From a virus (taxonomy: Duplodnaviria; Caudoviricetes): 53,409 bases of DNA. The translations under genes and the position numbers were made by a program. The notes beneath the pieces are model-generated. The model searched no databases. It was given only the letters and a program-made list of their open reading frames with translations, and was not told where the DNA came from. Below, piece by piece: positions 47,879-53,409 of the stretch (position 1 is its first letter; each line of letters starts with the position of its first letter). The DNA is taken from positions 1 through 53,409 of the IMG/VR virus record IMGVR_UViG_3300020042_002363; one strand, given 5' to 3'.

Positions 47879-48095
47879 TAATAAAATAGAGTTCTATAGC
47901 AATTAGAACAGCCATAAATACCAGATAGCATCCAATTGCCGTGTTGTTTCTAATTTCTTTTTTTGTCTCCAACAAAGCTTCTTGCAAAAGTTGGGTATCA
48001 AAATTTTGATCCTGTTTTTTATCTGGAGGCACATAATATTTTCCAATCTCTAGCCCAGAGCTAGTTCTATATGGGGTTACTTTTTTCTCTTCCAT
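47868..48095 (-). CDS. Small membrane protein
   Basis: PY.T.SG..IG..Y motif, C-terminal TM helix, AGGAG RBS. Confidence 0.7.
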   Translation of the reverse strand: MEEKKVTPYRTSSGLEIGKYYVPPDKKQDQNFDTQLLQEALLETKKEIRNNTAIGCYLVFMAVLIAIELYFIIAK

Positions 48096-48117
48096 GGGAA
48101 TCTCCTTTCCAAAACAG

Positions 48118-48146
48118 AATGTACATGATTTAATTTAAAATTACAA
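48118..48146 (-). promoter_or_regulatory. Leftward sigma70-like promoter
   Basis: TTGTAA-N17-TACATT on minus strand, containing AATTTTAA. Confidence 0.65.
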
Positions 48147-48150
48147 TAGC

Positions 48151-48179
48151 TTGCAAAAAATAATCACATATGTTTTAAT
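48151..48179 (+). promoter_or_regulatory. Rightward sigma70-like promoter
   Basis: TTGCAA-N17-TTTAAT, back-to-back with the leftward promoter. Confidence 0.6.
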
Positions 48180-48203
48180 CGGTCATTACATTTTGGAGTT
48201 AAC

Positions 48204-48407
48204 ATGACATTAACGGATTTTTTTACCAAGAAAGAGCATGGTGCTAAATCTGAGATGGCAGCAGCTCTTGGTATTTCAAGGACTTGGTTGTCTCAAATTA
48301 TTAATGGCAGTAGATTGCCTTCACCTGCTTTGTCTATAGATATTGAAAAATATACAAAAGGCAAGGTTAGCCGCAAAGTTTTGCGCCAAGATATTTTTGG
48401 TATATGA
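48204..48407 (+). CDS. Cro/YdaS-like HTH regulator
   Basis: MA.ALGIS..WLSQ..NG.R.PS......IE..T.G.V.R..LR.D. Confidence 0.85.
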   Translation: MTLTDFFTKKEHGAKSEMAAALGISRTWLSQIINGSRLPSPALSIDIEKYTKGKVSRKVLRQDIFGI

Positions 48408-48411
48408 TCAA

Positions 48412-48469
48412 TGGGACTAGCTAGAGTAGCTCTTGAAAAGGCGATTCGTTACCGCCCTGCTTTGTCCCA
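48412..48469 (+). ncRNA. C4/CI-like cloverleaf regulatory RNA
   Basis: TGGGAC/GTCCCA closing stem, AGAG-TAG-CTCT and GGCG-ATTCGTTAC-CGCC hairpins; loop complementary to GTAACGAA at 48480-48487. Confidence 0.6.
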
Positions 48470-48508
48470 CCCTATTCAAGTAACGAAGACCGATAACGTG
48501 AGGTTGTA

Positions 48509-49169
48509 ATGCATTATTACCAATTCCATATTGGCGACTACAAAGCCGCTACATCCCATTTAAGCAATGAAGAAGACTTGGCATATCGACGCCTGATCGA
48601 CATGTATTATGATACAGAAAAGCCAATCCCATTGGAAACCCAGTGGGTTGCGAGACGTATCCGAGTTGACCTGCATGTGGTTATCACAGTCCTCAATGAC
48701 ATGTTTGAGCGCACAGAAGAGGGGTACTTTCATGCTCGTTGTGCGTCTCAAATTGCCTCATACCATGCTTTGGTGCAGCGCAATAAAGTCAATGGTAGTG
48801 CAGGTGGTAGACCAAAGGAGTTTAGCAAAACCCAAAGAAACCCAGTCGGTTACCACTGGAAAGCTAACCAAGAACCAAGAACCAATAACTATAGTAGAGA
48901 CAAAACAGTCTCGTGGGACTCGACTGCCAGCAGATTGGAAACCTTCTGAAGACCAAATTTCTTTCTGTAGAAAGAATCGGGCTGATTTACTTCCTGAGCA
49001 AGTTGCTGACAGCTTTAAAGACTATTGGATATCCCAAGCAGGTTCAAAGGGTGTCAAACTTGATTGGGATGCTACATGGCGCAACTGGGTGCGAAACCAA
49101 AAGAATCAGCCTAACAGCAATGTCGTTGGCAATACTGGGGCTGGTGGTTGGATTAAGGCTAAGCCATGA
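48509..49169 (+). CDS. Replication initiator (YdaU/DUF1376 N-domain plus C-domain), split by a +1 frameshift
   Basis: MHYYQFHIGDY..AYRRL.D.YY in 48509..48949; RGTRLP.DW..F.DYW..DW.ATWRNW in the other frame ending at 49169. Confidence 0.75.
48866..48893 (+). repeat. Heptamer tandem repeat, ori/iteron-like
   Basis: AACCAAG AACCAAG AACCAAT AACTATA. Confidence 0.7.
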
Positions 49170-49516
49170 AAGGTCACCAAGAGCTGATCAGGATGCGTAC
49201 TGAAGGGGCTAAGATTCGTTCCCTGTGGATTTACCATGGCAAAGACCCAAGCAAGCAGTGGAGTCATTGGGACAAGGCTATGCAGACCTTGGACTATCCT
49301 GATGTGGAGATACAGCAGCATGAAGACCCAAAGATGCTAGACCTGCGTTATGTCATTGGAATGACTGTTCATGTGTTTGGTTGTCGTGATTACAAAAAAT
49401 CGGTCAAGCTGCATGAAGCTTTAGTCAATGCAAAAGCAAAGCAGGTCATCACAAATGTTGATGAAATAATAATAGATTCTGTAACTGGTGAGTGGGGTGG
49501 TTATGTACCTGAATGA
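49166..49516 (+). CDS. Hypothetical protein
   Basis: ATGA-coupled ORF between initiator and helicase. Confidence 0.7.
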   Translation: MKGHQELIRMRTEGAKIRSLWIYHGKDPSKQWSHWDKAMQTLDYPDVEIQQHEDPKMLDLRYVIGMTVHVFGCRDYKKSVKLHEALVNAKAKQVITNVDEIIIDSVTGEWGGYVPE

Positions 49517-50453
49517 TGAGAATATTGATTTTTCTGCTTACATGGAGCAAACAGATCATCAGCAAAAAATTAAACCTGCGCGCCTATGGGTTGAGCAGCT
49601 TGAGGAGGATTTAGTTAATCCACCGATGGAGAAGTTTGCTGAGATGCCGTGGCTGTCTACACAAGGCACATTCCAATTTCGTTCTGGTGAGGTTACTGTT
49701 TGGGCAGGGGCTAATGGTGGCGGTAAGTCATTGATGACTGGTCAGGTTGCATTAAGCTTGGTAAAACAAAATCAGCGTGTGTTGATCGCAAGCTTTGAGA
49801 TGAAACCAAAGACTACAGTCAAGCGCATGCTTCGACAGTTTGCAGGTTCATCAATGGAGACTGTCAATTATGGTAGGACTCCAGAAGACCAGAAGCGAGC
49901 TGCTTATGGCAGATTTAAATTATTTGCAGGTGACAACCTTTGGTTCTATGATCAACAGGGAACTGTCAATGCTCAGCAAATGGCTGCTGTATGTCGTTAT
50001 GCTGCTATTGAGATGAACATTCAACATATTTTTATTGATAGCTTAATGAAGTGCGTGTCAGGAGAGGATGATTACAATGCGCAGAAACAATTTGTCGATG
50101 CCCTTACAGCAATCGCTAGGGACAATGATATTCACATTCACCTTGTTCACCATATTCGCAAGCTTGCTAATGCTGATAGTCGTCCCAGTAAGTTTGATTT
50201 ACGAGGCTCTTCATCAATTACGGATCAAGTTGACAATGTCCTGATCCTGCATAGAAACAAAACAAAAGAGCATGACATACAAGCAGGTAAAGATGTAGAC
50301 ATGACATTGCCTGATGCAATGCTCTTATGTGAGAAGCAAAGAAATGGTGATCATGAAGAGTGGTACTCTTTTTGGTATGACACTGCAAGCCAACAATTTT
50401 TAGATAAGCAGGGAGCAATCCCAATGGAGTTCGATGCTACGGGATCATTTTAA
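49503..50453 (+). CDS. DnaB/T7 gp4-like SF4 helicase without primase domain
   Basis: GEVTVWAGANGGGKS, SFEM, IFIDSL, HLVHH.RK, DLRGS..I.D..D, KQRNG. Confidence 0.9.
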   Translation: MYLNDENIDFSAYMEQTDHQQKIKPARLWVEQLEEDLVNPPMEKFAEMPWLSTQGTFQFRSGEVTVWAGANGGGKSLMTGQVALSLVKQNQRVLIASFEMKPKTTVKRMLRQFAGSSMETVNYGRTPEDQKRAAYGRFKLFAGDNLWFYDQQGTVNAQQMAAVCRYAAIEMNIQHIFIDSLMKCVSGEDDYNAQKQFVDALTAIARDNDIHIHLVHHIRKLANADSRPSKFDLRGSSSITDQVDNVLILHRNKTKEHDIQAGKDVDMTLPDAMLLCEKQRNGDHEEWYSFWYDTASQQFLDKQGAIPMEFDATGSF

Positions 50454-50649
50454 AGAGGGTGAAGGTGATGATGAACACAGGCACAAATGCTTGGTGCGTT
50501 ACGTCCTACAACTGCGAGTCAAAGATAAAAATACCGCTCATTCATTTCTGGTCAAATGGAATGATAACCACCCAACCAGTAAACTTGAACATGATGTCAA
50601 GCAACAATGGAAAGCAGGTAATCGTGGAGAAAAGGACAAATGGTTATAG
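50434..50649 (+). CDS. Conserved hypothetical protein
   Basis: HRH.C.VR...QW..GNRG...W. Confidence 0.7.
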   Translation: MLRDHFKEGEGDDEHRHKCLVRYVLQLRVKDKNTAHSFLVKWNDNHPTSKLEHDVKQQWKAGNRGEKDKWL

Positions 50650-50993
50650 ATATAGTGTTACCGTTTCCTCCTAGTGTTAATACTTATTGGCGCATGTTTC
50701 AAAACAGGATGATCATCAGTAAAGCAGGTAGAGATTATAGAAAAGCAGTACAAGATGCAGTAGTAATACAAAAAGCAAATAAACATTGGAATGAATCTTT
50801 GGGTGTATGCATAGAAGCATTTAGACCTGATAACCGTAAAAGGGATTTGGATAACTTGTTAAAAGCAACTCTTGATTCATTAGGGCATGCAGGTGTTTAT
50901 TTGGATGACTCACAAATCACAGACCTGAGAATTTATTGGGCTAAAGATAAAGGTGGGATATTAAAAATAAAAGTATGGAGAAAAGATGGATGA
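50640..50993 (+). CDS. rusA: RusA-like Holliday junction resolvase
   Basis: LPFPPSVNTYWR, PD.RKRDLDNLLKA.LD.L..AGV..DDSQI. Confidence 0.93.
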   Translation: MVIDIVLPFPPSVNTYWRMFQNRMIISKAGRDYRKAVQDAVVIQKANKHWNESLGVCIEAFRPDNRKRDLDNLLKATLDSLGHAGVYLDDSQITDLRIYWAKDKGGILKIKVWRKDG

Positions 50994-51156
50994 TGAAATG
51001 AGAAAGTTTTTTGCTGGGATTGTGTTACCACAGCTAATAGCAAAATCAACAATGGAAGAAATATTAGACCCAGAGCATAGAAACTTTATATGTGTAACTG
51101 CTTATGAATATGCTGATGTCATGTTAGGAATTACAGATGAAAAACCTAGACAATGA
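50986..51156 (+). CDS. 56-aa conserved phage protein (missed by ORF track)
   Basis: MDDEMRKFFAG...AYEYADVML; GGAG RBS. Confidence 0.65.
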   Translation: MDDEMRKFFAGIVLPQLIAKSTMEEILDPEHRNFICVTAYEYADVMLGITDEKPRQ

Positions 51157-51328
51157 GTTATTAGAAATTTGGCAGAAGGGTGATTCAATCGGATCAATTG
51201 CCAAGCGTTTTAAATTGGACAAGTCGCAAGTTAAGAGGATGATTAATCGTGCAATCGAAAGTAGAAAGTTCAACAGCTCCCAGATTTTGCAGCAACTGCC
51301 GACAGACGAAACCCACAGCGCAGGGTGA
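51137..51328 (+). CDS. Small HTH protein
   Basis: W..G.SI..IA.RF.L..S.V.R.I. Confidence 0.6.
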   Translation: MKNLDNELLEIWQKGDSIGSIAKRFKLDKSQVKRMINRAIESRKFNSSQILQQLPTDETHSAG

Positions 51329-51519
51329 GTATTTGGTTCTTGTTGGAGGGAAGAGACAGCGTTGGTTATGTGGAACATGTATACAAAGGAGAAGAGAGAA
51401 AAATGAACGAGGATAATGAATTAGATTTAATGGTTAAAGTGATAGCTGCATTTTTATTTGTTACTTGGATATTTGCTGCTATTGGTATTGCTGCATTGCT
51501 GTCTTTCTTTTGGGGGTGA
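51325..51519 (+). CDS. Small membrane protein
   Basis: C-terminal TM helix; start may be internal (MNEDN). Confidence 0.5.
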   Translation: MSIWFLLEGRDSVGYVEHVYKGEERKMNEDNELDLMVKVIAAFLFVTWIFAAIGIAALLSFFWG

Positions 51520-51521
51520 TC

Positions 51522-51857
51522 ATGGAAGAGAGAGAGATTGATCCACACAAGGCTGTTGACTTTCTTGTCATCAATGGAAAGAAAGCAGGTCAAGCAAAAG
51601 CAAATAGATGGTACATGGAAGAGTATCGCAAATCACTTAAAGCTATTCTCATGAAACGCTCACATGAAAACTCTGTGAATGCACAAGAGAGAGAAGCATA
51701 TAGTCATCCAGAATTTATTGCTCACCTTAAAGCCGTTGAAGAAGCAATTGAGCTTGAAGAAGAATTGCGTTGGCAAATGATTGCAGCGCAAGCTCGTATA
51801 GAAGTTTGGCGTTCACAAGAGGCAACTAACCGTGCTGAAGGGAGAGCTACTCTTTGA
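51522..51857 (+). CDS. Conserved coiled-coil phage protein
   Basis: AKA...Y.EE.RKS.KA.LM, QEREAY, AA.ARI.VWR..EA..R. Confidence 0.75.
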   Translation: MEEREIDPHKAVDFLVINGKKAGQAKANRWYMEEYRKSLKAILMKRSHENSVNAQEREAYSHPEFIAHLKAVEEAIELEEELRWQMIAAQARIEVWRSQEATNRAEGRATL

Positions 51858-53227
51858 AATATTTATCTGTGTGTAGCGGCATTGAAGCTGCAACTGTTGC
51901 ATGGCATCGGCTTGGTTGGGAGGCTGCTGCATTCTCTGAGATTGAATCTTTCCCATCGGCTGTACTTGCACATCATTATCCGAATGTACCCAACTTAGGG
52001 GACATGACTAAATTCAAGGAGTGGAACTTTGGAACAAATATCGATGTTTTCGTTGGAGGAACACCATGCCAGTCTTTCTCAGTCGCAGGTCTCAGAAAAG
52101 GATTGGATGACCCACGTGGCAACCTCATGCTTACCTATCTTGCCATTGCTGACAAATTTCGCCCCAAGTGGCTGGTTTGGGAAAACGTCCCCGGAGTCCT
52201 GTCGTCTGACAACGGAAAAGATTTTGCAACCTTCCTCGGAGGGTTGGGGGAACTCGGGTATGGGTTCGCATACAGAGTTCTTGACGCTCAATACTTCGGA
52301 GTGGCCCAAAGACGGCGTCGCGTGTTCGTTGTTGGATACCTTGGAGACTGGAGACCTGCCGCGGCGGTACTTTTTGAGCGCGACAGCTTGCAGAGGAATC
52401 CTCCGCCGAGCAGAAAAAAGAGAGAAAGAACTTCCGCCTTCTTTGAAAGCAGCCTTGCTCAATACCGCGCAGCAGACGTCGGAGGAACTCTCAAAGCAAG
52501 TGGAGGAGTTCTCGGAGGAGGAAGCGAAACTTTTCTTGCTCAACGAGTTGGATCAGGAGATCGAGGAGGAATGACCTCTGCATACTCTATTCGTGAGGAT
52601 GCTCAAGCCAACACATTCAGTGCAACAGAGTTAGAAGTAGCAACTGCATTGAAAGCATTGCAGCCTAGTGTGCAGTCCCATCATGCACAAACTTTTGTGG
52701 CTCAATTAGATTGCTATCCTATTAGCACACAGAATGCATTAGGTAGGGAGAATGGTATAGATGATTGGCCTCTAGGCTTGTACAAAGATGGTGACCCAGC
52801 TCCAACTCTAACTAAGGCTCATGGTCATGCTGTAGCACTTGCATTCAGTCACATAGACAATGGTCGTGATGCAACAGAAGGCTTGTCACCAACTCTAAGA
52901 ACTGGTGGCAATTCAGGTGGAATGATGAGTGTTGTAGCTCCGACTTTGACCACCAATAACCCATCAAGGTCACCACAAGCTTCAGAGGTTACTGAACAAA
53001 TTAATGCTGTTTACCAAGCATCTATGGCTGTACGCAGGTTAACTCCAATTGAATGTGAAAGGCTACAAGGCTTTCCTGATGGCTACACAAACATCCCATG
53101 GAATAAGAAACCTGAGTCACCTGATGGCCCAAGATACAAAGCACTGGGCAACTCTATGGCTGTGCCTGTAATGGCATGGATAGGTAAACGGATCAATCAG
53201 TATGAACAACAAATTAACGGCATCTGA
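51854..53227 (+). CDS. C5 cytosine DNA methyltransferase
   Basis: Motif I CSGIEA, IV GGTPCQSFS, VI ENVPG, VIII QRRRRVF, IX RRLTP.ECERLQGFP, X GNSMAVP. Confidence 0.95.
   Translation: MKYLSVCSGIEAATVAWHRLGWEAAAFSEIESFPSAVLAHHYPNVPNLGDMTKFKEWNFGTNIDVFVGGTPCQSFSVAGLRKGLDDPRGNLMLTYLAIADKFRPKWLVWENVPGVLSSDNGKDFATFLGGLGELGYGFAYRVLDAQYFGVAQRRRRVFVVGYLGDWRPAAAVLFERDSLQRNPPPSRKKRERTSAFFESSLAQYRAADVGGTLKASGGVLGGGSETFLAQRVGSGDRGGMTSAYSIREDAQANTFSATELEVATALKALQPSVQSHHAQTFVAQLDCYPISTQNALGRENGIDDWPLGLYKDGDPAPTLTKAHGHAVALAFSHIDNGRDATEGLSPTLRTGGNSGGMMSVVAPTLTTNNPSRSPQASEVTEQINAVYQASMAVRRLTPIECERLQGFPDGYTNIPWNKKPESPDGPRYKALGNSMAVPVMAWIGKRINQYEQQINGI
52029..52574 (+). CDS. Nested alternative-frame ORF resembling the M.EcoHK31I beta polypeptide
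   Basis: 181 codons open in the +1 frame with AAGGAG-N7-TTG; W.NSGM..E..T.N..E.P.....SL...LE..FLS...GILRRA..R...LP..L. Confidence 0.55.
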   Translation: MEQISMFSLEEHHASLSQSQVSEKDWMTHVATSCLPILPLLTNFAPSGWFGKTSPESCRLTTEKILQPSSEGWGNSGMGSHTEFLTLNTSEWPKDGVACSLLDTLETGDLPRRYFLSATACRGILRRAEKREKELPPSLKAALLNTAQQTSEELSKQVEEFSEEEAKLFLLNELDQEIEEE

Positions 53228-53409
53228 GCGCAAGCATTTGGCTAGGGTTAAATCCCTGCCATGCTCTGTGTGCAATGCCCCACCACCTAGCTCTGCCCAC
53301 CACTTCCGTCAGAATCGGCAGTACACCTGTATAGCCTTGTGCTATGACTGCCATCAGGGTTCTAAGATGGGATGGCATGGGGAAAGGATAGCTTGGAAAA
53401 TAAAAAAGA
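53202..53409 (+). CDS. N-terminal part of the Ref/HNH-like nuclease (continues to 204)
   Basis: MNNKLTASERKHLARVKSLPCSVC...AHH. Confidence 0.7.
   Translation, partial: MNNKLTASERKHLARVKSLPCSVCNAPPPSSAHHFRQNRQYTCIALCYDCHQGSKMGWHGERIAWKIKK
53289..53409. repeat. Direct terminal repeat, right copy
   Basis: Identical to 1-121. Confidence 0.97.

Noticed and set aside
52079-52543. 154-aa antisense ORF in the methylase
   Set aside because: Expected shadow of a dual-coding region; no independent support

Overview
The window is a complete, circularly assembled tailed-phage genome of 53,288 bp plus a 121-bp terminal overlap. Its P22-like portal, short-tail genes and lack of tail tube, sheath or tape-measure genes point to a podovirus. 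The host is probably a freshwater proteobacterium (inference only). Gene order: early/accessory genes and a structured non-coding cluster (0.2-3.9 kb); terminases, portal, GroES, scaffold and capsid (4-13.9 kb); fibres, adaptors and lysis (13.9-29.6 kb); internal virion/ejection proteins including 1922-aa and 2209-aa giants (29.6-45.2 kb); a leftward recombination operon (45.3-48.1 kb); and a rightward replication/methylase operon (48.2-53.4 kb). No integrase, DNA polymerase, primase, canonical tRNA or CRISPR was seen. The most striking signal is a short [FYMLK]-x-x-G-G-x-[VIA] motif occurring about 35 times in five virion-region proteins. It sits at boundaries between unrelated modules (ADP-ribosyltransferase-like, ParB-like, PcfJ-like, beta-barrel-like, small basic peptides), suggesting GG-delimited polyproteins or a shared packaging signal. 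Other highlights are apparently complete CCWGG avoidance, a replication initiator split at a 7-bp repeat, a C4-like cloverleaf upstream of it, a tRNA-like element, a TGT/DpdA-like gene, and an EcoHK31I-beta-like ORF nested in the methylase. All family assignments come from motif recognition by eye, not from database searches.
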